64,000 nt of DNA from an uncultured Candidatus Saccharibacteria bacterium (GCA_964566505.1 CAZMIM010000001.1:65140-129139); one strand, 5' to 3'; positions 38,801-47,482 are shown, numbered from the stretch's first letter. The notes: generated by a model from the sequence alone, not told the origin. Numbers and translations are program-made.

Positions 38801-39136
38801 AATAAAAGTGTTTAATTTATAACTAATGTTATTGTACAACGCAAAAGCATATAAGCAAAAACCCTCTGGGGAAAAGAAAAAGACCGCCGAAGCGGTCCTT
38901 TTCAAGTGTACCTCTCAGATGTCCGGGGACATCAAGTTGTACAAGGGTTAGTATATAGATACTTAAAATAATGTCAAACCCTTATTTTCAAAAGACAACA
39001 TTCTTTATAAAAAGTCAAAATTTCTTCAGAAAATGAAAAACGCCACGAAAGTGACGTTTTTCAGTGTATTCCCCAGATGTCCGAAGACAACAAGGAATAC
39101 ACTGACAATTTATCAAAAGCCTATTCCCCTGTCAAG

Positions 39137-39449
39137 CAAAATATAAAAAACGCACCACGAGGACTTACAGGGCCCAAGTGGTGCGCGATTCCGTTACGCA
39201 CGTCGGCACCGGCTCGAAAGCCACTGCTGTCGTATGCGCCACGGGGTTTGCGCTCGGAGCTCCTTACGAAGCTGGCGCATATCCGTCGCACGCTGGTCAT
39301 GAAGAGTCTTCAAACGACTCGGCGTAGTTTGAAGAACTCCGGTTACTCCCTCAGCACCGTGACTAGAGCGAGACGGACGGTCGGTTTGGATTACGGCCTT
39401 CATTATCTTAGGTTTGTTACCTTAAAGAAAAACGAAGGCGATTTGTCCA
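39137..39449 (-). ncRNA. Candidate structured non-coding RNA (~310 nt) of unknown class
   Basis: Minus-strand consensus promoter TTGACA(39484..39479)-17-TATTAT(39461..39456); GC-rich (~52%) stem-rich body (UUCG tetraloop ggcTTTCGagcc, hairpin gaagaCtcttc); intrinsic terminator gcaccacN19gtggtgc plus T-run ending near 39137. The overlapping ORFs are low-complexity. Confidence 0.45.
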
Positions 39450-39455
39450 ATATTA

Positions 39456-39484
39456 ATAATATCATGTTTACTTGATTTTGTCAA
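39456..39484 (-). promoter_or_regulatory. Sigma70-like promoter for the candidate ncRNA
   Basis: TTGACA-17 nt-TATTAT on the minus strand. Confidence 0.45.
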
Positions 39485-39563
39485 TTTATAAAAATACAAA
39501 AAAGGCCCTCCAAGTAGTGTTGTAAACACTGCCTGGAGGGCCAAATGAAAAAGAACAATGAGA

Positions 39564-40556
39564 TCAAAGACGTGGGAACAAATCGAACTCGATATAGTCC
39601 GCCATTTCTTTAAACTCTGGTGTAAGGTGCACATCAGGAACCCATGCAATCCCCTTGTCGATGAGGTTTATTTCCTCAACAACTCGAGCGCCGGGAATGA
39701 GTGATCCATCTTCTGAATCACGCTCATGCCCCATAATGAGCAGTATGTCACACAGCCTAAGCATTGGTGACACGTCATGAGATATAACGAATATCGTATT
39801 ATGTGTATCGAGATTCGAAACCTCCCTGATGATTTCTACAGCCTTCGTGCGCGACAATGGATCAAGGTTGGCAAATGGTTCATCCATCACCATTACAAGA
39901 TCTTCACCGTGCGCAAGAATTTGCTGAAGAATTGCGGCTCTCTGTCTCTGTCCACCTGACAATTCTGCAGGATACATCTGAGTTGTGGAGCCGATTCCAA
40001 ATCGATCCATATAACTCAAAGCATCATTTTTTACAGCTGCACGAGCTCTTTTGTTGAATGATGCACGCTTAAACGGATTATATAATCCGGATACACGACT
40101 TCTCATTCGTTTTGCTCTTTGCATACCTGCGACAACTAAGTTGTCCAGAACTGTTCTGTGGTCAAACATCGGATATTGCTGTAAAACGAAACCTACTCGG
40201 CCTCGCTTGAGTGGAACATGGTCTGGACCATACGTTATGGAGCCAGAGTCATACCCAGTCAGACCAGCAACACGACGCATCATTTGAGTCTTACCTACAC
40301 CCGAAGGAGCAAGTATTCCTACAATCTGACCCTCTATCCGATTGTGACGTTCGATGTTTCTCACTTGGAAACTAGCGTCTCGCAAAACACTCTCGCCTCT
40401 ATAGCTGACATTGAGCCCTTCTACAGTGATGACAGGTTCTGCAAAGCGATATTTCCTCCCCTCATTTCCAAGGGGATATTGATTGACGTTCATAGTCATT
40501 ACCCCTTGAGCTTGAGAGTTGACCATCTGAAGCCTTTGGTTCGAATCTTTCCCCAT
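39564..40556 (-). CDS. ABC transporter ATP-binding protein (NitT/TauT family-like)
   Basis: Walker A GILAPSGVGKT, signature LSGGQRQR, Walker B LVMVMDEPFANLD. Confidence 0.85.
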   Translation of the reverse strand: MGKDSNQRLQMVNSQAQGVMTMNVNQYPLGNEGRKYRFAEPVITVEGLNVSYRGESVLRDASFQVRNIERHNRIEGQIVGILAPSGVGKTQMMRRVAGLTGYDSGSITYGPDHVPLKRGRVGFVLQQYPMFDHRTVLDNLVVAGMQRAKRMRSRVSGLYNPFKRASFNKRARAAVKNDALSYMDRFGIGSTTQMYPAELSGGQRQRAAILQQILAHGEDLVMVMDEPFANLDPLSRTKAVEIIREVSNLDTHNTIFVISHDVSPMLRLCDILLIMGHERDSEDGSLIPGARVVEEINLIDKGIAWVPDVHLTPEFKEMADYIEFDLFPRL

Positions 40557-41395
40557 AGATAATCAAAAAGAAGTCCTGCAAACAAAAGCAAAAACATGAT
40601 GGCAAACAAATTTGAAAGCTTCATGAACTTGTCTTCGATTGAGACAAGAACCCCTACTCCACCGCCACTGAGAACCAGTTTTTCTACTGATGTGAGCATT
40701 GCCCAACCAAATCCAAATACGGCACCAAAATTGGTAAGCGCAAGAGGAAATGTACCCAGAATAACGACTTCATAGAGAACTCTCCATTCACTCATTCCTA
40801 GAGTGTATGCGTGTTCATACAAATACTGAAACTGCTCGTCCACAACTCCATTCATTCCGTGTATGAAAAATACACTCAAAATGAAAGTCATGATAGAGAT
40901 TTTCAGTGACTCACTCCCCCCAAATTCAGTCATGAATATGAGGAGAAGAATTGCTATTGGTATGAAACGAAGAAGTGCGACAATCCTGCTTATAGGCCTG
41001 AATGCCGCAAGTCCTCTCAAGTACACAATGGAGAGCGAAAGGATGAAAGATATCACTGAAGATATGAACATGAGCTTGAAACTTTTTAAAAGATCCCATG
41101 CGAGACCTTTTTGAGTCCACAACTCAATTAGTCCATACCAAACGTCCAAAGGACGTGGGATTATTTGTGCCGCACCAAATACCCACCACAAACCAATCGC
41201 AAGAGCATACGAGAATGTAATACTCCATTCAACAGGTTTGGGTAAATCTTGGTTTGGAACAAACAACATCTTCAGAAGAGATATCACCCGATCAACAATC
41301 ACGGTTTTTTGCGGTTTTTTCATAACCACTCTCTCCTTTGAATAAGGGCCCGACTCGACTAATGTCTGAGTCGGGCCCTTGGTTAAAAAGAACAA
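40499..41395 (-). CDS. ABC transporter permease (BPD_transp_1; NitT/TauT-type)
   Basis: Six TM helices and an EAA-like loop; overlaps the ATPase gene start. Confidence 0.8.
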   Translation of the reverse strand: MFFLTKGPTQTLVESGPYSKERVVMKKPQKTVIVDRVISLLKMLFVPNQDLPKPVEWSITFSYALAIGLWWVFGAAQIIPRPLDVWYGLIELWTQKGLAWDLLKSFKLMFISSVISFILSLSIVYLRGLAAFRPISRIVALLRFIPIAILLLIFMTEFGGSESLKISIMTFILSVFFIHGMNGVVDEQFQYLYEHAYTLGMSEWRVLYEVVILGTFPLALTNFGAVFGFGWAMLTSVEKLVLSGGGVGVLVSIEDKFMKLSNLFAIMFLLLFAGLLFDYLWGKIRTKGFRWSTLKLKG

Positions 41396-41407
41396 ACGAC
41401 AGACAGG

Positions 41408-43345
41408 CTAGTTACCAATCCTGATTTCCACCCGACGATTCTTCGCCCGATTTTCAGCAGTGTTGTTATTGGCATTCGGATCAACCGGTTGCCTTTGGCC
41501 CATACCCGCAACACGAGTACGAGTAGTGTTGAAGTTCACTGGATCCTTGGTGTAGAACCACGCTTGGATAGTCTGCGCACGGCGCAGTGCCAAGCCGTCG
41601 TTAAATGCGGGATCACCAGTGTTGTCGGTATGTCCGACAAACTCAATCAAGTAACTCTGGTTCAAGCTCGTGAGCTGCTGATACAACCCATCGAGAACCG
41701 GAATCGATTCGGGCGCGAGCTCAGCGCTCCCAGACCGAAATTTGATTGAATCAAAATCACCACTCGCGCGAACGTTGGTAATGGCGGCATTCGGGTCATA
41801 ACTGCGCGACAACTTGACCGCAAGGTCAGGTCGTCGGTTTGCTACAGCTTCCAAATATCGTGTATTAACAGCTTCACTGTAAGGCACGTATTCTCCGTAT
41901 TCATTCGGATAGTTAAGTGCCAACACGTCACCATAACGTTCGTATGTGTTTTTATACAAACTCACGTTGTATCCAACACCAAAGAGCTCAAGCGTATGTG
42001 CAAGCGAGTGAACCTGTGATCCACCAACCGACACATTTTGACTCAATCGAGAATCAAAGATTTCTGTGCCTGTGTGCATTTCTGCCCAATAAGCACCGTC
42101 CTTCTGCTTGAGAACTTTTGCAGTAACTTCACTTGCCTCGAGCAAAGCTTCGCTGTTTGTTAGAACCTGATCGTTTGCTTCCGAAGAAGCTTCAATAATA
42201 GCTTCAATAACACCTGGGTTATCTCTCGCCCATCCACGATGCACAAGCAAAATGCTCGGCATCTGACCAGGATTGTCTCTTGTAGACCACATAGTCACCA
42301 CACCTCCACGCTGTTCAACAACGTTACGGTCTTCCGGTGTCCATACGGATACAGAGTCAACACAAACAGTCCGACGTTCTCCCGTCAACTCTGCTTCACC
42401 GGCAGAATTAACAGTTACAATCGGGCGCTCTTCGCAACGCTCCGAGACATAAGCCTTCGTAGCGTCAGAGTTTGAAGTTGTGGCATAGAAGTTGATACAA
42501 TCCGGATTGTATGTTTCAGGATCCGGGTTGATACAAACCCCATTGAGACTTGCCCAATCTACAACAATATTCTGATCATCGTCCATGATCACAGTTGCGG
42601 TGAGGAGGCCTCGCGCATTCCGTGAATCACGTAATACTTCAGGAGGAGCCATGAACTGATCTTCGCCATAGCTCCGTCCAAAAGAATGGACAATATCAAA
42701 ATTGTTTTCTTCAGGAAGTCTCTCAACTCCACCTGCGATTGCGGTTGTGTAGAAGGTTCCTCCTCCACCCATCACAACAATCGCAGCCGCTCCTTCGGTT
42801 GGATACATATCACCTTCGGCATAACGCTGAGCAAACAATACTGCGTTCTTGATCATCTGCGGTACATCATCAAGTACCTTGACTTCAAGACGAATATTGT
42901 CAGCACGGTTACGGCGAAGTGCCTGCTCCATCAAACTTCCACGAGCGGTAATAGCACCGCCATCACGTGATTCCTGGGCAGCACCATTGGCTGCAAAGAA
43001 GCCCTTCTGAGCCCCCCACGGAATCACCTCGATAGGCATTGTGTAATCTGCGCTCATGGGAGTAGTGCCTGTCCACAAAGAACGAGGTTCTACGGTATAA
43101 GGCACCGTGCTCACATCCTGGTTAATAACCTGGACTTCTTCATGAACACGGGAAGCCGCACGATTCTTCTCAGGCAACATCGACTTGGCAAAGCCAAGAA
43201 TGCTGTCACCAAAGAAAAAAGTGACGGCGACCAAAACCAGCAGTCCAAGGACTACTTTGGTTTTGGTAGGAATATCAACAGTGGTAGACATGTGAGTGTC
43301 CTCTTGTTTCGTGTGTGTTTCGTGTGTGCGACGTATATCAGTCAA
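41408..43345 (-). CDS. Membrane-anchored putative substrate-binding protein (~450 aa) fused to a C-terminal OmpA/MotB-like peptidoglycan-binding domain
   Basis: N-terminal TM segment; C-terminal ~110 aa FRSGSAELAPESIPVLDGL...IEFVGHTDNTGDPAFNDGLALRRAQTIQAWF...RRVEIRI is a canonical OmpA_C domain; sits directly upstream of the permease/ATPase. Confidence 0.55.
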   Translation of the reverse strand: MTDIRRTHETHTKQEDTHMSTTVDIPTKTKVVLGLLVLVAVTFFFGDSILGFAKSMLPEKNRAASRVHEEVQVINQDVSTVPYTVEPRSLWTGTTPMSADYTMPIEVIPWGAQKGFFAANGAAQESRDGGAITARGSLMEQALRRNRADNIRLEVKVLDDVPQMIKNAVLFAQRYAEGDMYPTEGAAAIVVMGGGGTFYTTAIAGGVERLPEENNFDIVHSFGRSYGEDQFMAPPEVLRDSRNARGLLTATVIMDDDQNIVVDWASLNGVCINPDPETYNPDCINFYATTSNSDATKAYVSERCEERPIVTVNSAGEAELTGERRTVCVDSVSVWTPEDRNVVEQRGGVVTMWSTRDNPGQMPSILLVHRGWARDNPGVIEAIIEASSEANDQVLTNSEALLEASEVTAKVLKQKDGAYWAEMHTGTEIFDSRLSQNVSVGGSQVHSLAHTLELFGVGYNVSLYKNTYERYGDVLALNYPNEYGEYVPYSEAVNTRYLEAVANRRPDLAVKLSRSYDPNAAITNVRASGDFDSIKFRSGSAELAPESIPVLDGLYQQLTSLNQSYLIEFVGHTDNTGDPAFNDGLALRRAQTIQAWFYTKDPVNFNTTRTRVAGMGQRQPVDPNANNNTAENRAKNRRVEIRIGN

Positions 43346-44432
43346 GGTGCTTTAGGTATTTACTACCCCCTTGACGATTACGCCCCTTGTTTTGGGTTTT
43401 CTGTTCATCAACATCATCAGGAAGAGGGATTTCAATCACTCCTCTAGAGGATTTGTCGATGGATATTGCTTTTTTCCCTTCTCCTCTTGCGATATCTGGA
43501 ATTTCCAGACCTGAATCCATCAGCATAGCAATCAAGGACGGGTCATCGTATGACATTGGGTTTTCAGCATTACCGAACCCTACGATAACCTTTTCTTGAA
43601 TACCAATGAGAGCTTCGATTTTTGCCGCATCAGCTTTAAATTGCTGAAACGCCATGTCCTCGGTAGCCATCAAAGACTGATTTTCACCCAGAGTATCAAG
43701 ATCGGGGTCTAATGATAATTCCCCAACGATGTCTTGAATTACGTCTTGTACCTCACCAGTGGTTTTTAAGCCACTAGCAGTTACCTTAAGTCCTTCAAGA
43801 GATACTTCTGTGTGAGTTTCGAGATGCTTGAGAAGGAGAAGCATATTTTCAATCTCCTCTTTTTTCTCCTCAAACCCACGAATAGATTCAACACGCGGCT
43901 GAAGTCGCCTTTTCAGGCTTTTGAGAACACTAGGATTAGCTTTTTCTTGCTTCTCCATTTCAGTCTTCAGTTCAAGGTATACCTCGTCCCGAACACTAAT
44001 GTCCTCCTTCAGCCTTGTGTTTACTTTTGTGAGAGCAACCTCCTCCAAACGACGAATACCTGAAGTGATTTTACGAAGTCGCTTTTCGTGCGCCTCAATA
44101 ATTTCATCAGGTGTTCTATTTGGTGTTGGTTTTTCTACAACTTCTTCCTCAGTAAGACCAGCGATTTTGCGAACAAACTGTAGATACAGCATCGCAAAAT
44201 GAGTCAGTGCATCTTGTGCACTGCCATGTTGTTCGCTTGTTCTCTGAAAGAAGTAGGTTGCAAGTGCAACAAGTAGGGTCAAAACTCCAGCGATCTGAAA
44301 CCCGGAAAGGCTCGCAACAAGAACCCAGAGTATCTGGATCATTACGAGCGGGAAAAGAATAGCAACACTGATCCCAACGTTTCGCTCCCGCTTATCACGA
44401 AAGACCCGCCGACGATCTTTTTTGCTACTCAT
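43338..44432 (-). CDS. Hypothetical membrane protein: basic N-terminus, two TM helices, long cytoplasmic coiled-coil domain
   Basis: ATG 44432 with GGAGG RBS, 1 nt after the stop of the upstream gene (translational coupling). Confidence 0.5.
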   Translation of the reverse strand: MSSKKDRRRVFRDKRERNVGISVAILFPLVMIQILWVLVASLSGFQIAGVLTLLVALATYFFQRTSEQHGSAQDALTHFAMLYLQFVRKIAGLTEEEVVEKPTPNRTPDEIIEAHEKRLRKITSGIRRLEEVALTKVNTRLKEDISVRDEVYLELKTEMEKQEKANPSVLKSLKRRLQPRVESIRGFEEKKEEIENMLLLLKHLETHTEVSLEGLKVTASGLKTTGEVQDVIQDIVGELSLDPDLDTLGENQSLMATEDMAFQQFKADAAKIEALIGIQEKVIVGFGNAENPMSYDDPSLIAMLMDSGLEIPDIARGEGKKAISIDKSSRGVIEIPLPDDVDEQKTQNKGRNRQGGSKYLKHLD

Positions 44433-44433
44433 A

Positions 44434-45270
44434 TTATTCCTCCGAATTTCCGAGGTTGAAGTCCGACTCAATCTCGTTTATACGAGCAGCCATGAGCTTT
44501 GCAGCTGCTTGGAATTGCATGCTCGTATTTACGGTATCAGCCTGGCGTAAAGAAAGTTCATCTTCGAGCTCAGGTAGCCCAGCGTCAATTTGTGACGCTT
44601 CAGCAACCAACTTTTCGGATGTTTTTTTCGCCTCATCAATCAAGCGCTTGGCTTCAGCTTCTGCCTCTGCCACAACCTCTTGCGCCCTGAGGCGCTTCGA
44701 TGACGCGTCTTCCTTTGCTCTTGCAATAGCTCGTTCCGCTTCTGCTTCACGTTTTGCAAGCGCTTTCAGTGCCTCATCACCAAAAAGAGACTTTTCTTGA
44801 TCCAAGCGCGCACGATGTGCGCCAAGATCTTCTGCAAGCTCCTTTTTGCCAATGTTTCGTTTTGCAAGCATCTTCATTACCAAGGCAACGAGTGCTTCTG
44901 GTCCAGCAGCAAGCTCTGCGAACTCCTTTTGCACATCAAGCAGTTGCTCGACAGGCGTTGGTGGAGTAGCGGGGTCAGATTCAAAAACAGTCTCCGCCAG
45001 ACTAACCAGCAAAGGATTGTTTTCGAGAACATTCCCCGCACCTTCAGCAAGCTCTGCATGTGTCTGTGTCAAAACTTCATCAGAAGAAGACGAGTCCACA
45101 CTCGGTGCTTTGTGCTGAAGATCTCGCAGTATCTGCTCAACCTCATCAGCTGCCGAAGAGGACTCTCCTCCAGCGGCATCTGGCTCCAGATTAGAACTTT
45201 CGTTCTCTCTGATAATAGTCGGTCCCCATCCTTCAGTGAGGAAAGAGACAAACTTGCTTTTTGGTGCCAT
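44434..45270 (-). CDS. Hypothetical acidic coiled-coil protein (278 aa) with EA-repeat region
   Basis: AEAERAIARAKEDA ... VVAEAEAEAKRLIDEAKK coiled-coil/EA repeats; GC about 55-60%. Confidence 0.5.
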   Translation of the reverse strand: MAPKSKFVSFLTEGWGPTIIRENESSNLEPDAAGGESSSAADEVEQILRDLQHKAPSVDSSSSDEVLTQTHAELAEGAGNVLENNPLLVSLAETVFESDPATPPTPVEQLLDVQKEFAELAAGPEALVALVMKMLAKRNIGKKELAEDLGAHRARLDQEKSLFGDEALKALAKREAEAERAIARAKEDASSKRLRAQEVVAEAEAEAKRLIDEAKKTSEKLVAEASQIDAGLPELEDELSLRQADTVNTSMQFQAAAKLMAARINEIESDFNLGNSEE

Positions 45271-45364
45271 TTCGATTTTGCGTTTGTGTTAAGTATTGCA
45301 CGAAAAAGTTTTCCGTAAGGTACTTAACTGTTTCGTGTGTGCTCAGTTCTCAATATTTAGAAGA

Positions 45365-45682
45365 CTAATCTTCATCAAATCTGAGATTTCTAGCACGATG
45401 TGCAGTCCAACCCTCCTTTCTTCTTTCAAATTGGGAGAGTACAACGAAACTTTTCTTTTCAGGCAACGGGGTTTTTTCATCATCAGGAAACCATTCCGAC
45501 GAAAGAAACGTGAGAGAACCGAGATGATTTAGGCTTGAATCTTCAGGCCAACAAACAAATCGTTTCTGTTCACCATCTTTTCCGTGAGGAAAAATATCTC
45601 CAATAACTGCTATTACCTCGTTACACGGAATTTCGTTGCTCTGCACATCATTAGCAGTACTTCTGCTAGCTTTATGCATCAC
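45365..45682 (-). CDS. Hypothetical protein (105 aa)
   Basis: ORF only; no domain recognised. Confidence 0.3.
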   Translation of the reverse strand: MMHKASRSTANDVQSNEIPCNEVIAVIGDIFPHGKDGEQKRFVCWPEDSSLNHLGSLTFLSSEWFPDDEKTPLPEKKSFVVLSQFERRKEGWTAHRARNLRFDED

Positions 45683-45852
45683 ATTAGTCCGTGGATTTTA
45701 GTGAAAAGTTTTGTGAAAGATTTTTTTAGGTTCAATATCCTCCTTTTTGTCAATAAACAAAAAACTAGTTATGTGATTGTCAATGAGCATCTTGATTTCT
45801 GAGTTTACAAGAACACAGAAAAAGATATTCGCGACAGTCTAACATAATAAAG

Positions 45853-45881
45853 TTGATATGTCAATATATGTGTGCTATAAT
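45853..45881 (+). promoter_or_regulatory. Near-consensus sigma70 promoter TTGATA-17-TATAAT
   Basis: TTGATA (45853-45858), 17-nt spacer, TATAAT (45876-45881), ~20 nt upstream of the ORF at 45902. Three TGTCAAT motifs lie between 45746 and 45865. Confidence 0.5.
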
Positions 45882-45901
45882 ACAGATAGAACAAAACAAC
45901 G

Positions 45902-46144
45902 GTGCTCCTTATGGAAATCATCTTCGGATTTGCAGTTCAGATACTCACCCTATGGCTTGCGATTTTTGCTATCTTTCTGTCGTTTCGCAAACATCAGTGG
46001 TTTCTGAATCAACACAAAAGATTCTTCAGATACCTCATGAGACGCTTTGGCACTTTCTTCAGAAAGCACCGAGCCATCATTCTAGCCTTCATTGCAGGAA
46101 TCATTTTTACCCTCTGGGTAATCCAAAACACCAACGTGCTTTAG
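45902..46144 (+). CDS. Small hypothetical membrane protein (80 aa, 2 TM)
   Basis: Promoter upstream; terminator hairpin 46123-46155 (aacaccaacgtgc...gtacgttggtgtt) immediately after. Confidence 0.45.
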   Translation: MLLMEIIFGFAVQILTLWLAIFAIFLSFRKHQWFLNQHKRFFRYLMRRFGTFFRKHRAIILAFIAGIIFTLWVIQNTNVL

Positions 46145-46164
46145 TACGTTGGTGTTTTCTCTTA

Positions 46165-46191
46165 GTTTGGGAGAGTCAGACTCTCCCAAAC
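46165..46191. repeat. REP-like palindrome, family 1
   Basis: gtttgggagagtcagactctcccaaac upstream of tonB. Confidence 0.9.
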
Positions 46192-46274
46192 TACTTCCCT
46201 TTTTAATATAAATAGGTGTATTCTATATATAGACGCACTCGCACAATCCATTCACTAAATACGTGAGGTATCTT

Positions 46275-46934
46275 ATGGCACTCAAGAAGTCGCCAAAAGC
46301 CGACCTTAAAAAACGTTATCCGCTTTTTCTGGAAATCGGCATAGTGTTCACTCTCGGTATCCTTATTGTTGCGTTTCGACTCGACATGAGTGCTGAGAAC
46401 GATTTCAACATCGACCTTCCTGATCAGGAAGTGGTTCAGATGGAAGAAATCACCCAAACAGAACAGGTACAGAAGCCACCGCCCCCGCCACGTCCGCCAG
46501 TACCTGTAGAGGTTCCCAATGACGAGGTGCTCGATGAAATCGAGATTGACCTGGGTGATATCTTTGACCTTGATGAAGAACTACCGCTTCCGCCCCCTCC
46601 TCCACCCGCAGTGGAAGAAGAGGAAGAAGAGCCGGAAATCTTTGTCATCGTCGAGCAAATGCCCGAACTGATTGGAGGTCTTGCAGAACTCCAAAAAAAG
46701 ATTACCTATCCAGAAATCGCCAAAAAAGCTGGCGTGGAAGGTCGGGTATATCTTCAGTTTGTGGTAGATGAACAAGGCAATGTCCAAGACCCTGTGGTTA
46801 CTCGTGGCATCGGTGCAGGATGTGATGAAGAAGCAATCAAGGCAATCCTGACTGCAAAGTTCAAACCGGGCATACAGAGAGGAAAGGCCGTTAAGGTCAA
46901 ATACAGCCTTCCTATCACCTTCAAGCTCAAGTAG
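46275..46934 (+). CDS. tonB: Energy transducer TonB (N-terminal TM anchor, Pro-rich spacer, TonB_C domain of the FCB/Bacteroidota type)
   Basis: IFVIVEQMPELIGGLAELQKKITYPEIAKKAGVEGRVYLQFVVDEQGNVQDPVVTRGIGAGCDEEAIKAILTAKFKPGIQRGKAVKVKYSLPITFKL; PPPPPRPPVPVEVP linker; AGGT RBS before ATG 46275. Confidence 0.85.
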   Translation: MALKKSPKADLKKRYPLFLEIGIVFTLGILIVAFRLDMSAENDFNIDLPDQEVVQMEEITQTEQVQKPPPPPRPPVPVEVPNDEVLDEIEIDLGDIFDLDEELPLPPPPPPAVEEEEEEPEIFVIVEQMPELIGGLAELQKKITYPEIAKKAGVEGRVYLQFVVDEQGNVQDPVVTRGIGAGCDEEAIKAILTAKFKPGIQRGKAVKVKYSLPITFKLK

Positions 46935-46959
46935 CAGGAGCTACTCCACTCTCACAATC

Positions 46960-46998
46960 AAACGGCTCAGGAGTTCAAAACCTGAGCCGTTTTTTGTT
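46960..46998 (+). terminator. Hairpin family 2; tonB terminator
   Basis: aaacggctcaggagttcaaaacctgagccgttttttgttttt. Confidence 0.8.
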
Positions 46999-47019
46999 TT
47001 TCTAATTTTAAACCCTAGA

Positions 47020-47076
47020 GTTTGGGAAGGTCTGACCTTCCCAAACTAAGAGTGTGAGAGTCAGACTCTCCCAACC
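47020..47076. repeat. REP-like palindrome, family 1: one full copy plus an adjacent half copy
   Basis: gtttgggaaggtctgaccttcccaaac, then gagagtcagactctcccaac. Confidence 0.85.
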
Positions 47077-47077
47077 T

Positions 47078-47482
47078 TTATTTGTTTCGGATTGAGGAGA
47101 TTGTAATGATTATCAAGCTGATGATTACATAAAGACCAAAAAGCCAATGAGTGAAGTGATATCTGTCTGGACCAAAGAATGCACCGCTCCATGAGTCTCC
47201 CCAACCAAGTATAAAAATATATACAAGAGGCACATGCCAAAGCGCAAATCGTGCCCAAGCTTTAAGAACAGCTAATTTTCGGGTGTATAAAATTAGTGAG
47301 ATAAATATTAAATATAAGGAAGAGTAAAATAAAACCCAACCAGGTTCATTCCACAATTTTAAACAATCTCTATTGTCTATACTGCAAATACCAAAAGAAA
47401 CTGAGTTGGATAATAAATATCCAATAATCAAAATTGCAAAAGAAAATATAAAAATATTTCTCCTTAAGGTTTGTACATTCAT
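47078..47482 (-). CDS. Hypothetical membrane protein (AT-rich gene)
   Basis: Multiple TM helices; GC ~30%. Confidence 0.4.
   Translation of the reverse strand: MNVQTLRRNIFIFSFAILIIGYLLSNSVSFGICSIDNRDCLKLWNEPGWVLFYSSLYLIFISLILYTRKLAVLKAWARFALWHVPLVYIFILGWGDSWSGAFFGPDRYHFTHWLFGLYVIISLIIITISSIRNK

Noticed and set aside
39137-39449. Assignment of the candidate ncRNA to tmRNA or RNase P RNA
   Set aside because: No tRNA-like acceptor/T-arm or tag-peptide frame ending in AA-stop; no P4 motifs (AGGAAAGUCC, ACAGAACCCGGCUUA). Only a short GUCACGGUGCUGAG resemblance.
39077-39475. 132-aa plus-strand ORF and 69-aa minus-strand ORF (39194..39403) as protein genes
   Set aside because: Low-complexity, Arg/Ser-rich antisense-style composition, no RBS, GC-rich structured sequence with its own promoter and terminator; better explained as an ncRNA.
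41408-46934. Treating the GC-rich block as a definite horizontally transferred island
   Set aside because: GC rises to only ~50% and partly reflects Ala/Gly/Arg-rich coiled-coil and OmpA sequences. It is kept as a hypothesis within the findings rather than called as a mobile element.
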